A stretch of 57,052 nt of DNA, filler included, from Catajapyx aquilonaris (Eukaryota): NCBI GenBank assembly GCA_000934665.2. It is 3 parts of 3 records of this genome, joined end to end, with 100 filler letters (N's around TTAATTAATTAA, not from the genome) between each part and the next. Parts side by side here need not be neighbours in the genome. Positions count along the whole stretch, not along the records: positions 37,996 to 57,052 come from JYFJ02006583.1; 2 more parts are not named here. The stretch is one strand, 5' to 3'. The notes under the pieces were generated by a model, which saw only the letters and a list, made by a program, of their open reading frames with translations, was not told the DNA's origin and did not search any database. The stretch's first letter is position 1; each line of letters starts with the position of its first letter. This document shows positions 40,985 to 52,381 of the stretch, in pieces. The translations under genes were made by a program, and so were the position numbers.

Positions 40985-41325
40985 GGGGGAGGCACGGTGG
41001 CCGAGATGGTAACGTCTCGGCTTGCTATGCGACAGGTCCCTGGTTCAAATCCCCGCCCGGAAACAAACCTTTCGCTTGCGTCATTGGGTCGTGACCCGCG
41101 CCTAAGGAGGCGTCTTGGCAACCTGACCTCCTGGGGGACTGCACCTGGCCCATCGCTGGACAATGCACCTGCACATGTGTCCCCTCCCCAAAATCCCCTA
41201 CCCTTACTTCCTTGCACCGGTGATTGAAGTAAATACAAGAGAAAACTGTATGGTGGTCTGCCACCCCCCCTAAAGCGGCCTAGGGTTGCATCACGGGGCA
41301 AATAAATAAATAGAAAATAAAATAA
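40985..41325 (+). mobile_element. tRNA-derived SINE (second head type)
   Basis: A box TGGCCGAGATGG, B box GGTTCAAATCCC, A-rich tail. 14-bp TSD AATACAAAATGAAA at 40971-40984 and 41326-41339. Empty paralogous site at 56062-56075. Confidence 0.93.
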
Positions 41326-41486
41326 AATACAAAATGAAACATTCCGCTGTGGATTGAAATGTAAGTAGGCATTAGCACTGAACAGAAAAATTGATTTGGT
41401 GTAAAATACAGCATAATTAATATTATCATTGTATTGTACAATTCTTAAATCAGAACTTCGTGATGTTTATGTCGTTTTGTTATTAA

Positions 41487-42022
41487 CCCTGTACCGCGCA
41501 TTGTGGATTGAGAGCACAATATTGCTTGAGGTTTTGAGTCCTAAATCATTGTGCATTTCTTTATTCAAAAACGGTACATGTACAGATATGACTATTACTA
41601 CCTGTTTAGGTCCGGCGATTACAATTTGGACTGGAATGTAGATGGCCCCGATATCTCAAGGGGAGCCGGTAAACGAAAGGGGGCCGTGACCCCCTCACCC
41701 CGAGCGGCATGCGGCGGTGGAATGGTGGGGGTTATGATCACCTTTAGTATTCTGGCCCCCCTTACGATATGGATGCCATTTTTATATCATATCAAATTGT
41801 AATCGCCGGACCTTCAAAACCTAGCAAAGGCCATCTCTGTATGTCTTACCGTTTTTGAATTTAAAAAATACTCGCCATGACTTTTGATCAGCCCATGTAA
41901 CTTCAAAGTCATTGGGTCAGAGATGACCAAAACATTATAAAACCATCCTTACATTCGCTATGATGAGAAAAAGGCGTTAGAGTTTTTTTATTCCCAAAAT
42001 CCTAAATGTGTGCAGTACAGGG
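41487..42022. mobile_element. piggyBac-like MITE
   Basis: TTAA|CCCTGTAC...GTACAGGG|TAA, internal IR AGGTCCGGCGATTACAATTTG/CAAATTGTAATCGCCGGACCT. Absent at the paralogous site near 56190. Confidence 0.75.
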
Positions 42023-43873
42023 TAAGAAGGTTGAGCGTTGAGGAACCAAAACTCTTCGCAGGGGAAGGAATGGCTTCAGACCTTACCATCATGAGATTCC
42101 AGAGGGTCGCTGGTGAGGACAACTAGTTCAGACGAAAGCTACTGACTGAGACATTGGAACCGCATTAATTTGTTGATCAAGATTCTCGAACCGTGAAAGT
42201 TGTATAGTCTATGGCTCTAGGCTAAGGAAGTAATGATAGATGTGGATTTATTCAATATAGGATCAAACTTTCTAAAAGTGTCTCTTGTCAACGTTTGAAT
42301 ACCCTTTCTTTGGGGATTGTGATGTAATGTATAGTAGGAGGCTCACGCCGTAAAAAGATATTAATTAGGCCATGCACTATATGTCACATATTATACCGAC
42401 TACATGTAATGAGTAGAGTAATAATATTCATTATGACTTGTGTGCATAATGTCACGAGGACGATCTGTCTCCAGTAATAATTCATACCCCGTTATCAGCC
42501 ATCGGCTCTTTAGGGGAGAAGTTTGTTTTGCCTGGAACTCTTTGCTTTCATTTTACTGTGCTCTTTGGGATAGGATAGGGACGGAAGGAAGCGACTGTGG
42601 CCTATTAATTACGGAAGCATTTCTACCAATATGTGATCCTTATCCTTATATCCTGCATTACTGATCTTCAATATCGAAGCAATATGTGTTTGCCAATAAG
42701 TGCACGTTGCACCCGTCACTGAACTAGAAAATACTGTAATATATTGTAAAAATTGTATTTGGCAAGTGAACCCGAGAATGGTGGCGGTACTTGGTTCGAG
42801 CATATTCGTGTACATGCAACCATCCAGACTATTATAACCATCCAGACTGTGATCCAGACATCTGGCCAAAAATTTTAAAAAACCTTATTGCAAATTCCCC
42901 AGTTACGTAACGCTGCTCTAGATTTTTCCAAGTCATTGGCAAAATACAGTATAACAACAACTGTCAGCATGTCGCTGTGGCGCATTTGACTCGTTTTGAA
43001 TGACATCGTCCTTCAACACAGTCCCAGAATATCCATGCACATTGGATGATGTTTGCCTCGATCAGATACAGATCAAGATTCGATCTCATTCGTCGGGGAC
43101 GCATACTGATATAAAAATGACATTCAGTATAATGAGGAATGTATTGCTATTGTTTCTTGAGTTGATACGCCAATATTATTTTAAAGGTTTGTATGTCAGT
43201 GATATACCGGTTTTAAAACCTCCATCATATGAATTAATATTACCGGTACACGAATAAAAGCAGGGGTAAAATTATTGCAAAGGTAATGTCGCTATATCAA
43301 TATTAGTGCCTATCTACAGATAATTATAATCATTCTACACCAGTGCACTGTAAAACATTACACTAAATAGGGGCAAAAAAACTCTTTCAAAATCATAACG
43401 ACTTTGATGCACATGTCTTGTTTTGATAATAATCATATCCCACTCGTAACGATTATTAGGCTACTTTTAATCATAACCTTGGCATAAGCAGGAGTCACGT
43501 TATTCAATCTCACTTTAAATTCCTTTCAATGTCATTTTACCAAATGCGGCGAGTAGACTGAACTGGTCATGTTATGTTATACTCTGTGCTGTCAGCAGGA
43601 GTTATGTGTCCTGAAATCTACCTTAACCAAACAGTGGCCTTCAAGCTGATAGATTTCTGAAAAAGTAGCAGCTCGTTGGCAAACATGATTTTCCTGGCTT
43701 CGAGGCAGCCATTCTAACCAAATAAATATTGATATGGGTAAAATAGAGACAAACTGGAGGCCCGTTTTTGCAATGGTCAGCGAGAAAATTTTGTGTTACG
43801 TAAAAAGGACTTATCGAAAGGCCTACCATATCAGAAGGTTCTCTGGAGCTGTCTTTGACACACGTCCCGCGAC

Positions 43874-45063
43874 ATGATGCTGGCCATTCTTCAACTGCTT
43901 CTGGGCATACCGTTATTGGCAACGGGATTGCCGATTGTCACTAATCGGGCCAATGAGGAGGCTACGGGACTGGTGTCTCCCTGGTGAAGCAAATCCATGG
44001 CGAGGAGAAGGACTGCCTCCTTGTCCTGGGCCACGACTACGAGAAGGTGCCCTGGGAGATGAGGTCTCTGTTGCAGCAAGTGTCCGACCAGAGAGGGGCC
44101 TCCGCGTCCATCCGGTGGACACGGGACACTCCTGCCCCGAAACCCAACACTGGAGGACAGGAAGGAGGCTTCGAATACTGGTTCTCCTGGCTGGAGAGAC
44201 CAACGTCCAGGTTCATCAGCACCTGCTCTCTCTTCCTCTTCGCCTACCACCAACCCAATCTGATGCCCCTGGTCAAATACGTCGCCAGCTTGGTCCGGAT
44301 GAACCCCAGTTATGACCGGTTCGTCTTCTTCAGCCCTGATTCGGACGTCGACGATGCACTGACCAACACTGACTTGGACTTTCGCTTCAAGATGGGGCTC
44401 GCCTGCGACCCAGCCTCGCAATACCTGTACATCAAGAACCTGTGCCAGTTTTGCGACAAGGGCAAGGCCAAAGTCATGGGACGAGGGAGGTACCCGGGTC
44501 ACGAGGTTCCGGCTGAGTTTTTCCCTGACTACACCAAAGACCTGCATGGTGTGCATCTGAACATTTCGTTTCCATTTGAGGCAACAAAGGAAGACGTCGC
44601 GTTCATGGCACAGGAAGGCCAAGCAGTTATTCCATACTTGAGTAACTTTTTGGCATGCAGCGACCTCCTCAACTTCGACTGGCACATGGAAGATTACCCT
44701 GAACCAGAAGGCACCCCCATGATGCGACCGGACGGAAACTACACCGGCTTGGTCGGAGCCCTGCAGAGGAAGGAGGTAATGATGAGTGGACTGTACTGCT
44801 CAAGCGAGGGAGTCAAGGTGGCGGACCACATTACCTGCTTTACCCAGTTCATCAACACTTACACTATCCGCACCCCGAGGCACCAGTTCTCCTGGACAGC
44901 CGTCTTCAAGCCGTACACCACGGGGATGTGGGCCGCCCTCTTCGTCACAGGCCTAGTGGTCAGCCTGGGTTTCTATCTGTTGCTCGAAGGGATCCCGATC
45001 CATTGGCAACCCGTTTCCTGATGGCCAACAACACCCTGCGTATCTCAGCCTGTATTCATTGAG
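43874..45063 (+). pseudogene. Divergent ionotropic receptor pseudogene, exon 1 (signal peptide, N-terminal region, S1, M1)
   Basis: ATG 43874 gives signal-like MMLAILQLLLGIPLLATG and stops at 43985; a frameshift near 43980 leads to the 43984 ORF. That ORF has FFPDYTKDLHGVHLNIS, DGNYTGLVGALQRKEV (S1) and SWTAVFKPYTTGMWAALFVTGLVVSLGFYLL (M1). Second frameshift at about 44985-45000; phase-2 donor AG|GTACTT at 45064. Confidence 0.85.
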
Positions 45064-45585
45064 GTACTTGATTTCCCTCCATTTCTTTATTTGTCTTTAT
45101 CTTCATTTACTAGAGAACGGTTCTTTAAAAAACCTCAAACAGGTAGGTACGCATTTAAGGTCTGAACTCATATCGACTTGAAACTACGACTTGTGCGTCA
45201 AAGTCGTACTTTTGCGTCTGCGTTTCCGTGGCCTTGTTTGCTTGGGAAGGAGGGCTGTTTCCATATCGACGTGTGCGTCAAAGTCGAACTTCGCATGTGA
45301 ATGAACATCATCTTGGAACATCAACACAATCATCCATTGTTTGCTTCCGTATTCATGCAAATGCTGCTGACCCCACTTTCAATTGCTCAGCGGAAAATCC
45401 CATGCAACCAAACTCATCGCTATATTGCCACAATATTCTCCCTCGCTGATTCCAATATTCGAACTTCTTGGTTGTCCGCGAAACAGAGAGTCGTAGATAC
45501 ACATGAATAATCACGTTCACAACACAGCCCCCAAAAACATAGTCAGTCTCCCTTCCTTCTTCTTCTATACTATAGGGTCCTCGAA

Positions 45586-45634
45586 CTTCCGTCTGGTGAG
45601 AACTTCGAGGCTCGAAGTTCTCGCCAGACGGAAG
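45586..45634. repeat. Near-perfect palindrome (24-bp arms)
   Basis: CTTCCGTCTGGTGAGAACTTCGAG-G-CTCGAAGTTCTCGCCAGACGGAAG, one mismatch. Confidence 0.8.
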
Positions 45635-45952
45635 CAATACTTGCCCACTCTCAACTTCGACCACCCGATTTTTATTTATTTTTTTATAACGTATTTCTCA
45701 CTTACAAGGAGCAGTTTTCGCTCAGTGTTTGAGTTGTTTTCAGATGCTGAAATTCCGGCACTTCCGTTTCAGCATTTTAGTTCCTAAAATGCCTGAAAAA
45801 CAGTAGGATATTGTTCCACTCAAATTGAATAAAAAGCGCTCAAATTTTTGAGATGGCATAGTATTATACTCAAGTGACTTTAGGGCCGATTTCTCGAAGA
45901 GTGGTTCAAGTCAGTTTGAACTGAGTTTGCGTCTACACGATGGATGCAGTTT

Positions 45953-46421
45953 TTTTTATATTTTTTATTTTTTATTTTTTAAGCTTTACCCCATTACAGG
46001 GAACAGAGCCCTTTTAGGGGGGTGGGTTACCACCATTTTTTCTTACGAAATTTATCGCATTTTTTCCTCTCCGGTGCAGGGGTCAGGATAGGGATTTGTG
46101 AGGGGGGGATACGGGTGCAAGTGCAATGTCGGAAATTGGGGGTCGTGTGCAGTCCCCCAGGGGGCCAAGCTGCAAGAAACCCCCCTAGGTGCGGGTCAGA
46201 AACCCCCACCGACACCGCACCTCCTCAAGGACAGGACAAGGATAGGAAAGGAAGGAAGCGGCTGTGGCCTATTTTACGGTACGATCCCGGAAATTCTTCC
46301 TGGGGCGACCTTGGAAAACCACAGAAAACCAAGGTCAGGACCGCCGGCCTCCGGGACTCGAACCCAGGACCTCCCGATGAGCAGTCGGATACCAAATCCA
46401 CTCCGCCACTACTGCTTCGGT
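45953..46421 (-). mobile_element. tRNA-derived SINE inserted in the left arm of the foldback
   Basis: Minus strand A box TGGCGGAGTGG, B box GGTTCGAGTCCC, GGCCACAGCCGCTTCCTTCC block, A-rich tail. TSD TGGATGCAGTTT at 45941-45952 and 46425-46436 (15 bp with one mismatch). Confidence 0.93.
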
Positions 46422-47597
46422 CGCTGGATGCAGTTTAAACTCCCCTTCCGAGTGTGAGCATTTCTCGAGCGTAAACAAACCCTCGGTTACTACGTGAACG
46501 ACAAGCCTCGGTTAAAATTGCGCCGTTGCGTTGCCACATGTCGCGTCGTGCCCATTTCCCCGAACCGGTCTGAGCTTCAGCGCGAGTCTTTACCGGCTTG
46601 TAAACAAACTCTAGTCAGCAAGTCTAGAAGGTGGAGTGAGGGACATCGCATTTGAAAGTCCTGTTTTAGTAAGTTTAATGTTACTTGTCTATTAAACTTA
46701 CTAAAACAGGACGCAAATGGCGATTTCCGAGTCTCAAATTTATCATTAGAAAGACAAAGATTTGCACTATCCCGGGTCGACAGCGTGAATTTTTTGGCCT
46801 CCGAGAAGTGTCATAAAAAATCATTTTACGGCGTAACGTCGGCAACTAGTCAAAAAATGTCACTTTCAAATGCGATGTCCCTCACTCCGCCTTCGAGACT
46901 TGCTGACTAGAGTTTGTTTACAAGCCGGTAAAGACTAGCGCTGAAGCTCAGACCGGGTCGGGGAAATGGGGAGGACGCGACATCTGGCAACGGCGCAATT
47001 CTAACCGAGGCTTGTCGTTCACGTAGTAACCGAGGGTTTGTTTACGCTCGAGCAGGCCTATGACACTCCTCGAATACGGTAGGTTAACACCTGTGTCCTG
47101 GCCAGACGGCGCTGATGGCGGAACATGGCGGATGTCCCTCCAGTGGTCCCTCCATATGTCTGCCGCCATCTTGAAGACCCATTCCGGTTGGCTGGCAGGT
47201 CAATATGCCTACGGGTGGGTGCCAAAAAAAATATGCCGAAAAATAAGTACGGTACTGCTCGGTACTGCTAGCTACCTTTAGTCATGTCTAAATAAAATAA
47301 ATAGTGCACTTACAATGCTCTTTTACAATCACCTCCTGCTCGCTTGACATTTTTGGTGTGTCCAGGAATGCCTTCTGCACATTTACCGAGCATTGTAAGT
47401 GTACTATTTATTTCATTTAGACATGACTAAAGATAGCTAGCAGTACCGAGCAGTACCGTACTTATTTTTTGGCACCCACCCGTAGGCAGATTGACTTGCC
47501 AGCCACAGGAATGGGTCTTCAAGATGCCGGCAGACATATGGAGGGACCACTGGAGGGACATCCGCCATGTTCCGCCATCAGGTCTGGCCAAGACACA

Positions 47598-49491
47598 GGG
47601 CCGGTTTTTCAGTTTCCCGCTAATAGCGGCCAAATAGTAGAGACTAGTTAGTAGCTATTATCGCGTGACTACTAAACGGGTTTTTCATCCCGCAACTATC
47701 TACTCTGGGGGGTGGAGGGCTTACTATTAGCTGGTAGTTGCGGGGTCGCGCTGCGCATGCGCGTGCTTAGTTCCAACCCTGGAATCGAGGGGGCAATCGC
47801 TTTTTAATCGCTTCTCCCCGCTAAAACCGAAATCAAAGATGGAAGATACCGGAGGCTCACGGCGCACAGTGGGGTATTTGGCCAAAAAAGCTGGACAAAA
47901 TGTGATTATTTTAAATGTTACTGATTCCAAAAAAATTCGTTTCCCGGAACAGATGAATGACGAGGCTATTATGACACGCAGTTGTACTTCTCATAGGACT
48001 GGTGTAACCCTTCGTCCGTACCAGCAGTTGAAAGTTGATGACAGTTCGAGTAATATTTAGCGAATTTTAAGCGCAATTTACGGCGCGACACATTCATTTG
48101 TGTTGTTTTCAGTTATACAAAATATTTGTGAACTGTTCCAATATTATATAATATATATGGAAGATTCAGAAGAAGGTATGTACTTCATTTTAAAGAATTT
48201 CTTACTATAATATGACTAGTCTATAAGTAATTATTTGTCCTCGAAATTATGCAATAATTGGTATACTTTTTTCGCCAAATGTGAAATATTCAAACACGAA
48301 GTTATAATTCCGAAGCCTTCCGAGCTGTTATATTTATGACATTTTGAAGAGTGAGCCTTCTATTTCATAGATATTATAAAAGAATCTCTCCCGCCTTTTC
48401 CCGCCATTTCATTTCCCCCCCTTTTTTCTCAGGTGTTGTTAACGTAAATTTTTGCACTCTTTTTTCTGACTATTTTCTCTCTCTTTCAACTAATAGGGTC
48501 ATCATGAGTCAAAGTAGTATGGAGACAATTACACTAGCGGTATTACGCACTACCGCGTACTACCAGGGTGATTCATATAAAAGTGACACATTTCTTTCTT
48601 TATTTATTCGGATGGACATGCACATAATGGCCCCTTTTTAGTTTCGAATTAAGCGGGATCCTTGGGAGATATGTTTCCTTGTCAGTAGGTTGCGCGGGTG
48701 TTCATATCTGCGGTGTTGCCAGCTGTTTTGCGCCATTTTGTGACAGTTGCTGTCAAGATGCAGGTTTGGTGCGCAATCTCCGCACAGAGAATAGTGGGAC
48801 CAATTTTCTTCCACAGGACTGTTAACACCGAAGAGTGCCGATGCATTTTCATGGAGTTTGTTGAGCAACTGGATGACGTCGAGCTGGGTAAAGGATCAAT
48901 GACCTCCATGGATTTGTTTGATGTATGGCATGTGGCACCGTCTTGTTGAAAATATCCTTTACCCAGCTCGACGTCATCCAGTTTCTCAACAAACTCCATG
49001 AAAATGCGTCGGTACTCTTCGGTGTTAACAGTCCTGTGGAAGAAAATTGGTCCCACTATTCTCTGTGCGGAAATTGCGCACCAAACCTGCATCTTGACAG
49101 CAACTGTCACAAAATTGCGCAAAACAGCTGGCAACACCGCTGATATGCAATCTACTGACAAGGAAACATATCTCCCAAGGATCCCGCTTAATTCGAAACT
49201 AAAAAGGGGCCATTATGTGCAGGTCCATCCGAATAAATAAAGAAAGAAATGTGTCACTTTTATATGAATCACCCTACTATGCACATCCAGAAATACGGCG
49301 GCCATTATTTCGCGCTTAGTAGAGGGTTAAAGGCCCCCCCTCTTGTCATTAAAGCTGCAACTATTAGCGGGAGGGTGCAACTATTATCTGGGCCCTAGTA
49401 GAATGTTGAAAAACCCGCGGCGTTACTAAGAGGGGGGTGATGAGGGGCGGAGCCTCTAATAGCGTCGCAAAACGAACTGAATAACCGGCCC
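47598..49491. mobile_element. Harbinger-type non-autonomous element inserted in the right arm of the hAT MITE
   Basis: ACA|GGGCCGGTTTTTCAGTT...AACTGAATAACCGGCCC|ACA. Removal restores GACACAGTTATTAACCTACCG, matching the host's other arm. Confidence 0.85.
48563..49277. mobile_element. Palindromic Tc1/mariner deletion derivative with transposase fragments on both strands
   Basis: TA flanks; TIR AGGGTGATTCATATAAAAGTGACACATTTCTTTC; arms 48565-48896 and 48954-49275. Encodes VWCAISAQRIVGPIFF...TVN...YFQQDGATCHT (IS630/Tc1/mariner catalytic core, second Asp). Confidence 0.93.
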
Positions 49492-49652
49492 ACAGTTATT
49501 AACCTACCGTCATCATACATGTAGGTGGGCTGTGTCAGGGGGCTGCGCTCGAGAAATGTTCACACTCGGAAGGGGAGTTTAAACTGCATCCAGCGTGTAG
49601 CGCAAACTCAGTTCAAACTGACTTGAACCACTGTTCGAGAAATCGGCCCTTA

Positions 49653-49799
49653 GGGCCATTTTCTCGAACAGTGGTTCAAATGTAAACCAGGTTCAAAGCC
49701 GGTTTAAACCCTTGACAACAGCCTAACAACAATCAAATCAGGGATTAAACTGGCTTTGAACCCGGTTTACATTTGAACCACTGTTCGAGAAAACGGCCC
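49653..49799. mobile_element. 147-bp Harbinger/Tourist-type MITE
   Basis: TTA|GGGCCATTTTCTCGAACAGTGGTTCAAATGTAAACC...GGTTTACATTTGAACCACTGTTCGAGAAAACGGCCC|TTA. Shares its left TTA with the preceding element. Confidence 0.9.
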
Positions 49800-49810
49800 T
49801 TAGTGAGTTA

Positions 49811-51120
49811 AGGCCATTTCACAAAAAAATGTCGCGCGGCAAACGGCGCGCGTTGCGGCTAATTTTTTATTTGAACCTCGGAATCGGAGAACAGGTTAAG
49901 TGGACTTCAAAATGACTTGGCACTTATGCACTTGTTGCTCTGAGCCTCGCTGTACGCCAAACGGAGCGTCGCAGGCGCACCAAACTCGGGTGGTAGGTGC
50001 GCCTGGCGAATCCATGACGATACAAGGTGTCAGGAATCCGATCTGAGTAACGAGTGACGAATGGGAGCGGTGTCTTTGACCCCCCATCCTCTGGACACCC
50101 CCGTAAAGTTAACCTGTTTTCCGACTCCCATGCGAGTTCGAGGCCACGTTGACCCCTCTGCAGGTCACAGTGATTGTCGCACCTGAACCAAACCAAAATA
50201 GCGTTTTTCTAGCGGCGAATTCGAACCTATCCCTGGTGTCACGAAACCGACAGCACAGACGAGTCAAATGCGACACTGGTTTATCTGATCCCCCTCCTGG
50301 GATGTCGCCTATAGTGCAGTAGATTATACTTGGTGTAGGTATGTGTACACAACATGCACGCCTATGTATACTGTACACAACCGGTTGGCGACACCATTAG
50401 CAACATGCAGCAGCATATGTTGTACATTGTAGCCTACGCAATTATGTGATATCTGATGCGGCTTTGGTACAGTATGAAAAGCAGTTCCACACGACATAAT
50501 ATAAGATTATTGATGTTTCCAGTTACTTTTATTGACCATATTCCTTTATCTGTTTTAAAATGTATCTACACTAAAAAGAAGGCATTGCAATCGGAAATGA
50601 AAAAGGGATGGGGGTAAGAAAAAGCAGTGCCGCATTTGACTCGTTTGTGCTATCGGTATCGTGATACCGGGGATAGGTACGCATTCGCCGCAAGAAAAAT
50701 ACCAATTTTTTTTTAGCCAGATGCGACAATCACTGTGACCTGCAGAGGGGTCAACGTTGCCTCGAACTCTCATGGGAGTCGGAAAACAGGTTAACTTTAC
50801 GGGGGTGTCCAGAGGGTGAGGGGTCAAAGACACCGCTCCCATTCGTCACTCGTTACTCGTATCGGATTCCTGGCACCTTGTATCGTCATGGATTCGCCAG
50901 GCGCACCTACCACCCGAGTTTGGTGCGCCTGCGACGCTCCGTTTGGCGTACAGAGAGGCTCAGAGCAACAAGTGCATAAGTGCCAAGTCATTTTGAAGTC
51001 ATTTCGATTCCGAGGTTCATTTATATTTATTGTTGCCAATTGTGTGCAATAATAAATATAAATAATAAATTTGCCGCAACGCGCGCCGTTTGCCGCGCGA
51101 CATTTTTTGTGAAATGGCCT
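49811..51120. mobile_element. 1.3-kb Harbinger-type foldback element with arms of about 470 bp
   Basis: TTA|AGGCCATTTCACAAAAAA...TTTTTTGTGAAATGGCCT|TTA. Arms at about 49811-50280 and 50625-51120 are reverse complements, hence the twin ORFs 49896- and 50816+. Confidence 0.92.
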
Positions 51121-51264
51121 TTATTGTTGAGGGTTCCAGAGAGAAGAATCAGGAATAAGAGGTGTTAGGCTCATTTTCGGATGCTGAAACATGTGCCATT
51201 AAATTCCTCGAAAAAAGTACTAACCCCCGATGAGCTAGTTTAAGAGCGATTTCTATAGCGAATC

Positions 51265-52381
51265 ATGCACTATGACGGGGTCCTTGAACACAACCATGTG
51301 CTCAAGACCAGGATCGAGCAGACTCGAAGAGACCGAAGTCAACTTTGTGTTGGGTGGCTGGATTTCACAGCTGCATACACTTCCGTCCCACATGGGGCCT
51401 TGAGGGCTGTTGGAGCCGGAGCCGGGGACACTTTTGGTGAGATAGTGGCGGACCTGTGCAGCGGGGGTACGACCAGCCCATGGACACTTCTATCCCAGCG
51501 CAATAGAAAAGGCCGATCCGTTATTCCTTCCCGCAGCGGCGCTAGTAAAACAATGGAATCTCGCTGTGCGTGTCGTTCATTCGCCATAACAACTATAGCG
51601 ACGATAGCGACCCTCCTCCCGATTACTAGGTTTATCAGCGACCCCCCTCCCGATTACTACCGATCACGGTCTTAGCTACCGATAGCGTATACCAAGATGG
51701 CCGCAATATGGAGATGTTCACGATCCAGGTCACATCATGGCCACCTCCAGTCAGCGCCACGGCGGGAATGAGTAACGGAACGCAAAATGGCGGCGAGTTT
51801 CCCGACCTCTCCTTCTAAGACCGTGGGTACGACCAAGATAGCTGTTGGAAGAGGGTACACCGCCCCTGTCCCAGTGGGAAACGGAATCAGACAAGGGGAC
51901 CCGTTGAGAGGTTTGCTATTCAACCTGGCGATCGACCAAGTACTTTGGCGGGTCCAGCCGTGCGGGGGAGAAGAGATCCATCGAGTATTGGCCTACGCTG
52001 ATGATGTGACCTTGCTAACCTCTGCACCCGAAGAGCTGCAAGCTGCAATGGAACTGGTGGCTCGAGAGGCGGCTCGAGTGTCAATCCTAGTCAACCCCAG
52101 GAAGTCCGTTACTTTACACTTGTCCGGTAGAACTCGAGTGGGTGTCCGGCCAACCCAATTTTGGTTGTATGGGAGGACCATTCGAGCCCTTGCTGATGGT
52201 GAAGCCACCAAATTCCTGGGAGTGCCCGTTGGATTCCATGTCGTACCCGATATCGGAATGGCAGATTTTGAGTTCATCAAAACTGGTGAGACCATCATCC
52301 GCTCGGTGTTGGCGCCTTGGCAGAGACTTGGTGCTCTTAAAACCTTTGTGTTCTCTGCCATGGTGTTCCCGATGCGTACGG
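51265..52381 (+). mobile_element. Non-LTR retrotransposon RT fragment, RLE group (NeSL/Utopia-like)
   Basis: DGVLEHNHVL, WLDFTAAYTSVPH, GIRQGDPL..LLFNL, LAYADD, VNPRKS, KFLGVPVG, LAPWQRLGALKTF..MRTG. The frame is restored by removing 360 bp (51466-51825). Probable short continuation at 54503-54560 (LFTRHAWAEL). Confidence 0.88.
51474..51825. mobile_element. hAT-type composite insertion interrupting the RT
   Basis: TSD GGTACGAC at 51466-51473 and 51826-51833. Left end CAGCCCATGGACAC; inner MITE CACGGTCTTAG (51666)...CTAAGACCGTG (51825). Confidence 0.75.

Larger units (their letters stand above)
40488..42480 (+). repeat. Tandem segmental duplication, copy 1 (copy 2 at about 55601-56655)
   Basis: Collinear shared blocks: IR 3' coding region, TTCATTTATCACAAT, TTCTTAAATCAGAACT, CCTTACCATCA, GAACCGCATTAATTTGTTGA, GTCTCTTGTCAACGTT, GCCATGCACTAT. 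Confidence 0.9.
47053..49545. mobile_element. hAT-type foldback MITE inserted in the right arm of the Harbinger foldback
   Basis: 8-bp TSD CGCTCGAG at 47045-47052 and 49546-49553. Termini CAGGCCTATGACAC/GTGTCAGGGGGCTG; arms 47053-47320 vs 47388-47597 + 49495-49545. Confidence 0.88.
45883..49649. mobile_element. PIF/Harbinger-type foldback MITE (about 0.78 kb original), outer shell of the nest
   Basis: TTA|GGGCCGATTTCTCGAA...TTCGAGAAATCGGCCC|TTA. Left arm 45883-45952 + 46437-46659; right arm 46862-47052 + 49554-49649. Perfect 22-bp hairpin at 46658-46712. Confidence 0.9.

Noticed and set aside
43891..44685. 264-aa minus-strand ORF
   Set aside because: Antisense shadow of the GC-rich IR exon; no motifs of its own.
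49896..51052. Twin near-identical ORFs on opposite strands (QRHRSHSSLVT...)
   Set aside because: They simply reflect the inverted arms of the 49811-51120 foldback element.
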